From contig CALXMH010000003.1 of NCBI GenBank assembly GCA_944389425.1, forward strand, positions 25,722 through 89,721: a stretch of 64,000 nt of DNA. Direction: 5' to 3'. The stretch comes from an uncultured Clostridia bacterium (GTDB lineage: Bacteria > Bacillota > Clostridia > TANB77 > CAG-508). The translations under genes and the position numbers were made by a program. The notes beneath the pieces were generated by a model. The model saw only the letters and a list, made by a program, of their open reading frames with translations, had not been told where the DNA came from and did not search any database. Shown one piece after another: positions 1-9,037 of the stretch (position 1 is its first letter; each line of letters begins with the position of its first letter).

Positions 1-674
1 TATGGTGGCTAGGTCTTGAAGTAAAAATTGTTAATTTAAAAGATAATGGAGAAATGCCATCTAATCCAATATTTACGTATTATTTAAGTGGAACAGGATT
101 TCAGAGTGAAGAATTTGAAAAATATTATGAAGGAACTGAAACTTCTTGTCGTATAAATCATAGTGGCTACGGAGGAGATTGGACTGTAAAAGTAGAAGTA
201 AAAGATGCTGCTGGAAATATAGGAGTTGCTACTTTAACTACATATGTTCAATGCTTTGTAGCAGGAACCCAAGTTTTAACAGAAGCCGGATTTAAAAATA
301 TTGAAGATATACAAATAGGAGAAAAAGTATATGCAATAAATATAGATAATAATAGTAGAGAATTAAAAGAAGTAACAAATTTATATATAGGTAAATCATA
401 TGAAACTTATGAGTTAACAATAGGAGAAGAAATTGTAACAGCAACACCAAAGCATCAATTTTATATAATAGATAAAGGATGGACAAGGGCATATGATTTA
501 GAGGTAGGAGATATGATTTCAGCAAAAGATACCAATATGGAAATAACAAAAATAGAACATAAATTTTATAAAAATCCAATACCAGTATATAATTTAACAG
601 TGGATGATTTCCATACATTTTTAGTGACAAAATATGAACTATTAGTACATAATACTCCTAGTATAGCTTTTTAG
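1..674 (+). CDS. C-terminal part of a larger (probably secreted/surface) protein ending in a Hint / bacterial intein-like domain; 5' end lies outside the window
   Basis: Frame is open from nt 3. The Cys block CFVAGTQVLTEAGF (Cys codon 252-254) and the terminal block LLVHN|T (Asn codon 651-653) are 134 aa apart. Only 6 aa (TPSIAF) follow. Confidence 0.7.
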   Translation, partial: WWLGLEVKIVNLKDNGEMPSNPIFTYYLSGTGFQSEEFEKYYEGTETSCRINHSGYGGDWTVKVEVKDAAGNIGVATLTTYVQCFVAGTQVLTEAGFKNIEDIQIGEKVYAINIDNNSRELKEVTNLYIGKSYETYELTIGEEIVTATPKHQFYIIDKGWTRAYDLEVGDMISAKDTNMEITKIEHKFYKNPIPVYNLTVDDFHTFLVTKYELLVHNTPSIAF

Positions 675-815
675 ATAATAGCATATAAAATAACTACATA
701 AATATTCTTATATATTTGTGTAGTTTTATTTTATTCTTTATGGTATAATTATTTTCAGTTGACTGTTTTGAATATATAAATAAGACAGATATTAATTTAA
801 ATGGATAGGTGAAAT

Positions 816-1028
816 ATGATTTATATAATAGATAGAATAGAAGGAAATACTGCTGTTTGCGAAGATGAGAATGGAAATTTTATAGAAATTGATATTTTAA
901 GTTTGCCTGATAATATTAAAGAGGGAGATTGTGTTAAATTTGAAAATTCAAAGTATATATTAGATGAAAAATATACAGAAGAAAGAAGAAAAAACATACG
1001 AAAAAAAATGAATAATTTGTGGAAATAA
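816..1028 (+). CDS. DUF3006-like small protein
   Basis: 70 aa. MIYIIDRIEGNTAVCEDENGNFIEIDILSLPDNIKEGDCV matches my memory of the DUF3006 pattern. RBS ataggtga lies upstream. Confidence 0.55.
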   Translation: MIYIIDRIEGNTAVCEDENGNFIEIDILSLPDNIKEGDCVKFENSKYILDEKYTEERRKNIRKKMNNLWK

Positions 1029-1095
1029 TGATTAAAAGTTTTTATAAAATTAGTATATATTAAATAAATAAATAAATTTAAAGGGAGGATTATTA

Positions 1096-2583
1096 GTGGC
1101 TAAGTATAAATGTACTATTTGTGGATATATATATGATGATGATAAAGAAGAGGTTAAGTTTGAGAATTTGCCAGATTCATGGACTTGTCCTCTTTGTGGT
1201 GTTCCTAAAAGTTTATTTGAGAAAATAGAAGATGGAAAAATTGAAGAGAAAAAAGAAGATAGGTTTAGTAATGCAGTAAAAATTTCAAAGGATAATCCAT
1301 CTATTGAAAGAATAGAGGAAAAGTGTATTAATTGTGGAGTTTGTAAGAATACTTGCGAAAAATTGGAAGGTATAAAAAGAGAAGATGAGAAGTATATTGT
1401 TTGTGTAAATTGTGGGCAATGTGTGCAAAGATGCCCAACTGGTGCTTTAATTCCTAAAAGAGAAAATGGTAAATTAGAAAATGCACATAAAGATGGAAAA
1501 ATTTGTATTGCATATACTTCACCAGCAGTTAGAGTTGCAATTGGAGAAGAATTTGGAATGGAATATGGAACTTTTGCGCAAGGCAAACTTGTTGCAGCTC
1601 TTAAAGAGTTAGGTTTTGATTATGTATTTGATGTTACTTTTGGTGCAGATTTAACTATTATGGAAGAAGCCAGTGAGCTTTTAAAAAGAGTAAAAGAGAA
1701 TAAAAATTTACCAATGTTTACAAGTTGCTGTCCAGCATGGGTTAAATATGCTGAAATTTATTATCCAGAATTATTAAGTAATATATCTACATGCAAAAGT
1801 CCTATTGGAATGCAAGGTGCAATGGTAAAGAATTACTTTTCAGAAAAAAATAATATAGACCAAAATAAATTGTTCACAGTAGCAATAACACCATGTACTG
1901 CAAAAAAATATGAGATTTCAAGAGAAGAAATAGAAGGCACAGATTTAGTTTTAACAACTACTCAAATTGCTGATATGTTAAAGGAAAAGCAGATAGATTT
2001 CAAAAATTTAGAAGATAAAGATTATGATAAAATGCTAGGAGAAGGTACTGGCGCTGGAATGATATTTGGAAATACAGGTGGAGTTATGGAAGCCGCACTT
2101 AGAACAGCATATCATATGATTACAGGAAAAGAGTTAACTAACAATAATATTGAGTTTAATGTTGCAAGAGGAATGGAAAATGTGAAAGAAGCTACTGTTA
2201 ATATAAATGGTATAGTTTTAAATATTGCAGTTATTCATAAAATGGCAGATGCTAAACCAATATTAGAGGATGTAAAAAAAGGAAAATCTAAGTACCACTA
2301 TATAGAAATAATGAATTGTGAAGGTGGATGCGTTGGAGGCGGTGGACAGCCAAAAACAATAGATGAAAAGCAAATTGAGGTTAAAGAAAAGAGAATTGCT
2401 GCATTATATGGAAAAGATAAAATTCAAAAAAATAGATGTAGTTATCAGAATCCAGAAATAATTTCTGCATATAAAGAATACTTAGGCGAGCCTTTAACAG
2501 GAAAAGCAAAAGAATTACTACATACAACATATAGAGATAAATCTTTTATTATAAAAGAAGAAATTGCGGATAAAAACAAATAG
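1096..2583 (+). CDS. [FeFe]-hydrogenase catalytic subunit with N-terminal rubredoxin domain and two 4Fe-4S ferredoxin motifs
   Basis: GTG start after RBS agggagg. Rubredoxin CxxC...CPxCG (KCTICGY...WTCPLCGV). [11 protein letters not shown] and [13 protein letters not shown]-cluster motifs [31 protein letters not shown]. Confidence 0.88.
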   Translation: MAKYKCTICGYIYDDDKEEVKFENLPDSWTCPLCGVPKSLFEKIEDGKIEEKKEDRFSNAVKISKDNPSIERIEEKCINCGVCKNTCEKLEGIKREDEKYIVCVNCGQCVQRCPTGALIPKRENGKLENAHKDGKICIAYTSPAVRVAIGEEFGMEYGTFAQGKLVAALKELGFDYVFDVTFGADLTIMEEASELLKRVKENKNLPMFTSCCPAWVKYAEIYYPELLSNISTCKSPIGMQGAMVKNYFSEKNNIDQNKLFTVAITPCTAKKYEISREEIEGTDLVLTTTQIADMLKEKQIDFKNLEDKDYDKMLGEGTGAGMIFGNTGGVMEAALRTAYHMITGKELTNNNIEFNVARGMENVKEATVNINGIVLNIAVIHKMADAKPILEDVKKGKSKYHYIEIMNCEGGCVGGGGQPKTIDEKQIEVKEKRIAALYGKDKIQKNRCSYQNPEIISAYKEYLGEPLTGKAKELLHTTYRDKSFIIKEEIADKNK

Positions 2584-2589
2584 CATGTA

Positions 2590-2623
2590 TAAAGTTTTAA
2601 TAAGAACCCTATACGAATACAAT
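2590..2623. repeat. Copy 1 of a ~34-nt imperfect direct repeat (partner at 3568-3601)
   Basis: taaagttttaataagaaccctatacgaatacaat versus taaagttctaatacaaaccctatgtgaatacaat, about 29/34 identical by hand alignment. Confidence 0.7.
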
Positions 2624-3543
2624 ATGGTGCTTTAACAGAAATTGAAGATAAGATTTTTCCAACGGTTGCAGGAATAATGGTATTTGGTATATATCCTCAA
2701 AAATTCTTCCCACAATAGTTTGTGGCAGCAATTGTTATACCAGGATTTGAAATTGCAGATTTAGGAGATGAGGGACAAAGGTTTGATGACAATAAAAGAA
2801 TTGAAGGAAATATAAGTGAAATGTATGAAGAAACAATAGCATTCCTTAATAGAAATATGAAAGTGAAAGTTATAATTAGCAATAAAACAGGATTAAGAAC
2901 TGATATAACACAATATCCAAAAGATGCACTTCGCGAGGCAATTGCCAATATGATAATTCATAGAGATTATAGTCAATTTAAAACAGGAGCATATAGTATT
3001 GTAACAGTATATAAAGACAGAATAGAATTTAGAAATGTTGGAAATTTATATGGATCTAACACAATTGAATTATTGGAAACTAGAAAAGCAATGGAAGTTA
3101 GGAATGAAACTATTGTAAAATTATTGGAAACATTAGGTGGAATCATAGAAAATAGACATACAGGAATATTTACTATGCAGAAAAAAATGAAAGAAGCAAA
3201 CTTACCAGAGCCTATATTTTCAAACGAAAGAGAAGATTTTGTTGTGACTTTCTATAATGGAGAATATCCAGAATTGTATCCGAAAGAATTAGCACAAGAA
3301 AAGACATATGAAAAGACGTATGAAAAGACGTATGAAAATGTAGAAGAAAAAATACTTGAATTTTGTATGAAAGCCAAAAGTGCAAAAGAAATTGCAGAAT
3401 TTTGTGGATACAAAGGTATAGATAGATTTAAAAGAAATTATTTAAAACCGCTACTAAAAAGTGGAAAAGTAATAATGACAATTCCAGATAAACCTAGAAG
3501 CAGAAATCAAAAATATATTGCAAACAATAATAAAGAAGAATAA
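2593..3543 (+). pseudogene. 5'-truncated remnant of a RecG-like/AlbA_2 + HATPase_c_4-type putative DNA-binding regulator, with an in-frame TAG at 2716-2718
   Basis: The same frame reads ...AGIMVFGIYPQKFFPQ*FVAAIVIPGF.... The N-terminal ~120-aa domain expected in this family is absent. A winged-helix-like C-terminus is present. EKTY x3 tandem repeat at ~3298-3336. Confidence 0.55.
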
Positions 3544-3567
3544 ATAATTTGTGGAAGAATTATTTAA

Positions 3568-3601
3568 TAAAGTTCTAATACAAACCCTATGTGAATACAA
3601 T
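3568..3601 (+). promoter_or_regulatory. Copy 2 of the direct repeat; candidate sigma-E/K-type promoter of spoIIID
   Basis: Contains GAATACAAT, resembling the CATACA-T -10 of mother-cell sigma factors, ~30 nt upstream of the spoIIID start. This is motif resemblance only. Confidence 0.3.
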
Positions 3602-3632
3602 TAAACAAAAGTATTCGCAGGGGGTTTTCTTT

Positions 3633-3902
3633 ATGAAGGGAATATCAATAGAAGAGCGTGCATGCAAATTGGCACATTATATTATAGATTCAAAAGATAC
3701 AGTAAGAGGTGCAGCAAAAAAGTTTGGAATTTCAAAATCCACTGTACATATGGATATTAGCAAAAGATTATTAAAAATAAATCATGCATTAGCATTGGAA
3801 GTTAGGAATGTGTTAGATGAAAATAAAGCAGAAAGACATATAAGAGGGGGGATGGCGACAAAGCTTAAATATTCGCATCAAGACCAGGATAAAGTAAGCT
3901 GA
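3633..3902 (+). CDS. spoIIID: Stage III sporulation protein D (HTH transcription regulator)
   Basis: MKGISIEERACKLAHYIIDSKDTVRGAAKKFGISKSTVHMDISKRL is typical of SpoIIID. RBS aggggg is 8 nt upstream. I chose the internal ATG over the ORF-track start at 3591. Confidence 0.9.
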   Translation: MKGISIEERACKLAHYIIDSKDTVRGAAKKFGISKSTVHMDISKRLLKINHALALEVRNVLDENKAERHIRGGMATKLKYSHQDQDKVS

Positions 3903-3904
3903 TA

Positions 3905-3940
3905 AAAAAGATGGTACCTATTTAGGATACCATCTTTTTT
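3905..3940. terminator. Bidirectional hairpin terminator between convergent genes
   Basis: aaaaagatggtacc...ggataccatctttttt. Confidence 0.6.
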
Positions 3941-3946
3941 GAGACT

Positions 3947-4480
3947 TTAGCGTCTAACTGGAATAACATTGCCGTTTTTGTCGATGATTACAACATCATC
4001 GCCTAATGTAGCATCTACTATTTCAACAACTCTTCCGTCAGTACTTAACACAACAGTGTCATCATAAGAGAAAGTATTATTGTTGATGTAGCTGGTAAAT
4101 GCAGCTAATCCAAGAAGTGCAATCCAATCGCTTGAATGCATTACACGCCAATGATGGGAATAGTACCCACGATAATATCCATGGAGATACGGATGACCGT
4201 GATATCTAAAATATCTTGTTGGTGGCTTATGCCTAATAATGCGATGGGCACGAATTTTTTCACGGCGGATTGCATTTTTTTGGCGGATTTGAGCTCTTCT
4301 TATTTCACTACGATTAACAGCTGGTCTTTTTACAACATGTCTCTTAACAGCAGGTCTTTTAATCTCACGCCTAATAGGCGGTCTATGTGGACGAGAAGGT
4401 GCTGCCAATGTAAGAGTTGGTGTAAAAAAGCTAAAAGCTACGGCAAAAAGTGTTAATAGCGCAATAATTTTCCGTCTCAT
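3947..4480 (-). CDS. Secreted, very basic Arg/His-rich protein of unknown function (paralog of 4638-5081)
   Basis: RBS aggagg. Signal peptide MRRKIIALLTLFAVAFSFFTPTLTLAAPS. RPAVKRHVVKRPAVNR repeat. Visibly GC-richer codons (CGC, CGT, CCG, GCC). Contains an in-frame CGG at 4474-4472. Confidence 0.6.
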   Translation of the reverse strand: MRRKIIALLTLFAVAFSFFTPTLTLAAPSRPHRPPIRREIKRPAVKRHVVKRPAVNRSEIRRAQIRQKNAIRREKIRAHRIIRHKPPTRYFRYHGHPYLHGYYRGYYSHHWRVMHSSDWIALLGLAAFTSYINNNTFSYDDTVVLSTDGRVVEIVDATLGDDVVIIDKNGNVIPVRR

Positions 4481-4589
4481 TTTGATTCCTCCTTTTTAAG
4501 TGTAATAAAAAATAATGTTATTGGAATCTATAAAAATAAGCCTATGCTTAATATAATAATTATACTATATTATGGAAATAATTGCAAAT

Positions 4590-4624
4590 AAAATAGAGAT
4601 TCTAATTTAAGAATCTCTATTTTA
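4590..4624 (-). terminator. Hairpin terminator downstream of 4638-5081
   Basis: atagagattc-N8-gaatctctat flanked by A/T runs. Confidence 0.6.
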
Positions 4625-4637
4625 AAACGGTTTTTTA

Positions 4638-5081
4638 TTAAAGTTTGTTGAAATATACTTGCTTAGCTTCATCGTCTACACCAATATATTCGAGATCGTA
4701 AGGCAAATTTTTGGCAAATTTTTTAATGCGTCTTGCCGTCGATTCTCTTTCATATTGAATATAATATTCACCAGGTTCTAAGTCTTTAATTTTGAGCCAC
4801 AAAGCAGATTCTGCATTATCCATATCGCGGATAAACTTTGCTTTGTAGGTTTCATAATCCATTACTTGGTACGAAGGTGAAGAGGAAGAAGAAGCTGCTC
4901 TACTTGCAATGTATGCAAGCACGCCTACACCAGCAATTGCTCTCCAAGTATCACCAGAAGACCAACCATGGCGGTGGTGATAATAGCGGTGAGCCAATGC
5001 GGCAGACGGTGCAAACATAGAAAGTGAAAGCGTTGCTACCAATGCAAGTGCGATTGATTTTAAATACCGTTTTTTAAACAT
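4638..5081 (-). CDS. Secreted protein of unknown function (paralog of 3947-4480)
   Basis: RBS aaggag is 8 nt before ATG 5081. Signal peptide MFKKRYLKSIALALVATLSLSMFAPSAALA. Shares a YYHH..W...W.A..G..A motif with the neighbour. In-frame CGG at 5069-5067. Confidence 0.6.
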   Translation of the reverse strand: MFKKRYLKSIALALVATLSLSMFAPSAALAHRYYHHRHGWSSGDTWRAIAGVGVLAYIASRAASSSSSPSYQVMDYETYKAKFIRDMDNAESALWLKIKDLEPGEYYIQYERESTARRIKKFAKNLPYDLEYIGVDDEAKQVYFNKL

Positions 5082-5258
5082 AGTAGTCACTCCTTTGCTG
5101 AAAAAACTAAGTAAAGCTTGTTAAGCTAATTATACATATATTATACTATAAACTGTAAATAAAATCAAATTTGCCATATTTTAAATTATGTGTTAGAATA
5201 ACAGATATCAAAAAACAACAATATAATAATATATAGAGTTATGAAAGGGGAAAACTTT

Positions 5259-6518
5259 ATGGAAAATACAATTGCAATAGTTCTAGCAGCTGGAAAAGGG
5301 ACTAGAATGAAATCTGAAAAATCAAAACAAGTACATAAAATACTAGGAAAGGAAATTGTTTTAAGAGCAGTTGAAAATGCAAAAAAAGCAGGAATAGATG
5401 ATGTTATAGCAGTAGTTGGATATAAAAAGGAGCAAGTTCAAGAAGTATTAAAAGATTCTGTTAAATATGTAGTTCAAGAAGAAATGTTAGGCACAGGCCA
5501 TGCTGTTATGCAGGCAAAAGAGTACCTAGAAGGTAAAAAAGGAAAAGTTGTTGTTTTAAATGGAGATGTACCAATTTTAAGACCAGAAACAATTAAAAAA
5601 CTAATAGAAAAAAGTAATTCTAATAAAGAATATGCAACATTATTATCTGCAATATATGAAAATCCTTGTGGCTATGGAAGAATAATTAGAGATGAAGGCG
5701 GAAATGTTGAAGGTATTGTAGAAGAAAAAGATGCAAATGAGCAACAAAAAGAAATAAAAGAAATAAATGCAGGAATTTATTGTTTTGATATACCAGAACT
5801 TTTAAAAGCATTAGATGAAATAACAAATGATAACGCAAGTGGAGAATATTATATTACAGATGTAATTAAAATAATGAACGATAAAGGTTTAAAAACAGGT
5901 GCCACAATAGTAGAAGATAATACAGAAATCCTAGGTGTAAATGACAAAGTTCAATTAGAAATATTAACTAGAATACTAAGACTTAGAATAAATGCAGAAT
6001 ATATGGCAAAAGGAGTAATTATAGAAGATACAAATACTACATATATTTATGATGATGTAGAAATAGGAACAGATACAATAATACACCCAAATACAACAAT
6101 AAAATCAGATGTAAAAATAGGTGCCAATTGCGAAATCGGGCCAAATGCATATATTAGAGAAAAATGCAGATTAGCAGATAATGTTAAAATTGGAAACTTT
6201 GTAGAAATTAAAAACACAAAAGTAGGAACAGGAAGTAAAGTCCCACACTTTATCTATTTAGGAGATTGCGAAGTGGGAGAACGTTGTAATATCGGATGTG
6301 GAACAATTACATGCAATTATGATGGATTTAACAAAAGCAAAACAATTATTGGAGACCATGTATTTATTGGTTCAAACACAAACTTAGTAGCACCAGTAAG
6401 TGTTGGCGACAATGCTTTTGTAGCAGCAGGTTCTACCATAACAGATGATGTGCCAGAATATGCCTTAGCAATAGCAAGACAAAAACAAATAAATAAAGAA
6501 AATTGGAACAAAAAATAG
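5259..6518 (+). CDS. glmU: Bifunctional UDP-N-acetylglucosamine pyrophosphorylase / GlcN-1-P acetyltransferase
   Basis: IAIVLAAGKGTRMKS nucleotidyltransferase motif plus C-terminal left-handed beta-helix hexapeptide repeats. RBS aaagggg. Confidence 0.85.
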   Translation: MENTIAIVLAAGKGTRMKSEKSKQVHKILGKEIVLRAVENAKKAGIDDVIAVVGYKKEQVQEVLKDSVKYVVQEEMLGTGHAVMQAKEYLEGKKGKVVVLNGDVPILRPETIKKLIEKSNSNKEYATLLSAIYENPCGYGRIIRDEGGNVEGIVEEKDANEQQKEIKEINAGIYCFDIPELLKALDEITNDNASGEYYITDVIKIMNDKGLKTGATIVEDNTEILGVNDKVQLEILTRILRLRINAEYMAKGVIIEDTNTTYIYDDVEIGTDTIIHPNTTIKSDVKIGANCEIGPNAYIREKCRLADNVKIGNFVEIKNTKVGTGSKVPHFIYLGDCEVGERCNIGCGTITCNYDGFNKSKTIIGDHVFIGSNTNLVAPVSVGDNAFVAAGSTITDDVPEYALAIARQKQINKENWNKK

Positions 6519-6525
6519 AAAATAA

Positions 6526-6567
6526 AAAAGAGGAAAGTTCTAAAAGAATTTTCCTCTTTTATTTTTT
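6526..6567. terminator. Bidirectional terminator
   Basis: aaaagaggaaa...tttcctctttt followed by a T-run. Confidence 0.65.
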
Positions 6568-6578
6568 AGGTCAAATTA

Positions 6579-6950
6579 CTACATTTTTTGTTCGCCAGGG
6601 ATAATGTAGTCAATAACACCATATATTAAGGCTCCTATTATTGCAGCTATCCAAGATATTGAATATCCAGCAACAAAGTATTGTGTAAGATAAAGAGTAA
6701 CTGCTGCTAGAATAAATCCAACAAACCCTTTACCAAATGGACTAGCATGAAGTCCTGTAAATCTAACTATTAGGTAATCCATTACAGTAAGAACAATTGC
6801 TGCAAGTGCTAATGACCATATATTACTTATACTAAATCCAGGTGTAAAAAATGCTGTAATAGCTAGGACAATTGCAGCTGCTACAAATCTACTAATCATT
6901 TGACCAATTGTACCCATTGTGCTACCTGTATTTACTTGATTGTTATCCAT
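6579..6950 (-). CDS. Small 4-TM membrane protein (holin superfamily IV / YvlD-like)
   Basis: 123 aa with four hydrophobic segments. FTPGFSISNIWSLALAAIVLTVMDYLI resembles the family. Confidence 0.45.
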   Translation of the reverse strand: MDNNQVNTGSTMGTIGQMISRFVAAAIVLAITAFFTPGFSISNIWSLALAAIVLTVMDYLIVRFTGLHASPFGKGFVGFILAAVTLYLTQYFVAGYSISWIAAIIGALIYGVIDYIIPGEQKM

Positions 6951-7090
6951 AATTTAACCTCCTTTAAAGACAAATGATAATTTACTATTTTGTAATTATA
7001 GTATTTACAAAAATAAACTATCTATTCAAGTATAGTTTAAGAAAAAATGCAAAAAATATACTAGAAAAATAAAAAAAGCTGGAGGAAAAA

Positions 7091-7774
7091 ATGTTAATTA
7101 CTTTCATAAGAGCAATAATTTTATACATAATAGTATTAGTTATTATGAGAATGATGGGGAAAAGAGAAATTGGTCAGCTACAACCATTTGAACTTGCAAT
7201 ATCTATAATGATAGCAGATTTGGCATCAATACCAATGGCAGATGTTGGAATACCAATATTTGATGGCATTATACCAATTTTTGCGTTACTAGTTATGCAT
7301 TTAGCTATTTCTTCTATAAATTTAAGAAGCATTAATATAAGAAAAGTTATATGTGGAAAACCAAGCATATTAGTATATAGAGGAAAAATTGATGAAAAAG
7401 TATTAAAAAGAGAAAAATTTACAATAAATGAATTACAAGAAAGACTAAGGGGGAACAACGTTTTTAGTCTGTCAGATGTTGAATACGCCATTTTAGAAAC
7501 TAGTGGACAAATTACAGTAATACAAAAGCCAAATAAAAGAAATACAATCCCAGAAGATTTTAACATAATGCCAGAATATGAAGGAATGTCATATGATTTA
7601 ATAGTAGATGGGAAAATAATGTATGAAAATTTAAAGTCACTTGGAAAAGACATAAATTGGCTTGAAAAAGAAACAAAAAAATTCAAATTAAACCCTAAAG
7701 AAACTCTTCTAATGACAATAGATGGAAAAGGAGAAATATTCTGCCAAGCAAAGGAGAAAAAACATGAAAGATAG
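7091..7774 (+). CDS. DUF421 (YetF/YdfS-like) membrane protein
   Basis: MRMMGKREIGQLQPFELAISIMIADLA signature. Confidence 0.75.
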   Translation: MLITFIRAIILYIIVLVIMRMMGKREIGQLQPFELAISIMIADLASIPMADVGIPIFDGIIPIFALLVMHLAISSINLRSINIRKVICGKPSILVYRGKIDEKVLKREKFTINELQERLRGNNVFSLSDVEYAILETSGQITVIQKPNKRNTIPEDFNIMPEYEGMSYDLIVDGKIMYENLKSLGKDINWLEKETKKFKLNPKETLLMTIDGKGEIFCQAKEKKHER

Positions 7775-8138
7775 TGTAATAATATTAATAATAATTGCAA
7801 TGGTCATAATAGGAAATGTAATATCACAAAATATATTAAAACAAGATAGCGAAAATTTAATTTCTAAATTAGAAGATTTAAAAGAAAATATAGAGAAAAC
7901 AGATATTGCAAAAGAAAAGGTAAATGAAATATATGAATTATGGGAAGATATAGATTCTAGGTGGTCTATAATAATAACACATCAAGAATTAGACTTAATT
8001 AAAACCGCAATATTAACAATAAAAGCTGGAATAGAAATTGAAGATAAAAGAATTGCTTATGAACAAATAGAAAATTCAATTTTCCTTGTTGGTCATATAA
8101 AAGAAAAAGAAGCATTAAGTCTTAAAAACATTTTTTAA
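7764..8138 (+). CDS. DUF4363-like small membrane-anchored protein
   Basis: RBS aaggag before ATG 7764. Has an N-terminal TM segment. This pairing with DUF421 is commonly seen. Confidence 0.5.
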   Translation: MKDSVIILIIIAMVIIGNVISQNILKQDSENLISKLEDLKENIEKTDIAKEKVNEIYELWEDIDSRWSIIITHQELDLIKTAILTIKAGIEIEDKRIAYEQIENSIFLVGHIKEKEALSLKNIF

Positions 8139-8167
8139 AAAGATATTAAAAAATATCTTTTTTTTTA
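8138..8167 (+). terminator. Rho-independent terminator
   Basis: aaagatatt-loop-aatatcttt followed by T9. Confidence 0.65.
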
Positions 8168-8204
8168 ATTTACAATATGATATATTAATTTCGGGAGTGA
8201 TAAT

Positions 8205-9020
8205 ATGAATGAAATAGAAAGATTAGAAAATATTGCTAAACAAATTCGTTTAGATATTATAGAAGAAGTATATAGCGCTAAATCTGGACATCCAGGAGGA
8301 GCATTATCAGCAGCAGATATTTTGGCAGTTTTATATTTTCATGAAATGAATATAAATGAAAAAAAACCAAATATGGAAAACAGAGACCGATTTGTTTTAT
8401 CAAAAGGGCATGCAAGTGCTGCTTTATATGCAACTCTTGCAAATAGAGGCTTTTTTAGTAGAGATATTTTAAAAACATTTAGAAATATAAATAGTAATCT
8501 ACAAGGACATCCAGATAAAAACAAAGTACCAGGAGTAGATATGACAACAGGCTCACTAGGACAGGGATTATCTGCTGCAAATGGTATGGCAATTGCAGGA
8601 AAATTAAATAAGCAAGATTATAGAGTGTATTGCATGCTAGGTGATGGAGAAATAGAAGAAGGTCAAGTTTGGGAAGCGGCAATGGCAGCTGCACATTATA
8701 AACTGGATAATTTATGTGTTATAGTAGATAATAATAATCTTCAAATAGATGGAGAAATAAGCAAAGTAATGAGTTCATATCCAATAGACGATAAATTTGC
8801 AAGCTTTGGTTTTGAAGTTATGAACATAGATGGGCACGATATAGATGAAATAATAAAAGCTTTTGAAGTTGCAAGAAATATAAAAGGAAAACCAACAGCA
8901 ATTATTGCAAAAACAATTAAAGGAAAAGGTGTAGATTTTATGGAAAATCAAGCCGGATGGCATGGAAAAGCACCAAATGAAGATGAGTACAATAGAGCCA
9001 TAAATTATATTAACAAATAA
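8205..9020 (+). CDS. tkt: Transketolase, N-terminal (TPP-binding) subunit
   Basis: SGHPGGALSAADIL and GDGEIEEGQVWEAAM motifs. Confidence 0.9.
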   Translation: MNEIERLENIAKQIRLDIIEEVYSAKSGHPGGALSAADILAVLYFHEMNINEKKPNMENRDRFVLSKGHASAALYATLANRGFFSRDILKTFRNINSNLQGHPDKNKVPGVDMTTGSLGQGLSAANGMAIAGKLNKQDYRVYCMLGDGEIEEGQVWEAAMAAAHYKLDNLCVIVDNNNLQIDGEISKVMSSYPIDDKFASFGFEVMNIDGHDIDEIIKAFEVARNIKGKPTAIIAKTIKGKGVDFMENQAGWHGKAPNEDEYNRAINYINK

Positions 9021-9037
9021 TAGAAAGGATTATAAAA

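Noticed and set aside
292-630. Many ORF-track entries lie antisense to or overlap strong genes. Examples are 292-630(-), 1050-1586(-), 4136-4456(+), 7174-7800(-), 11148-11786(-), 29517-29966(-), 43097-43507(-), 47490-48092(-), 47666-48124(-) and 52183-52614(-).
   Set aside because: They are Leu/Phe/Ile/Ser-rich low-complexity translations typical of the antisense of AT-rich genes. They lack an RBS, and each overlaps an ORF with clear conserved motifs. One of them runs through the tRNA.
252-653. The Hint domain as a true intein interrupting a host protein.
   Set aside because: Only 6 residues follow it and no recognisable host-protein motif is split. A BIL or pretoxin-type Hint is more consistent.
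2716-2718. The in-frame TAG in the regulator remnant as a possible pyrrolysine or read-through codon.
   Set aside because: The gene also lacks its N-terminal domain. No pyl genes or other in-frame TAGs were seen in the window. A nonsense mutation in a remnant is simpler.
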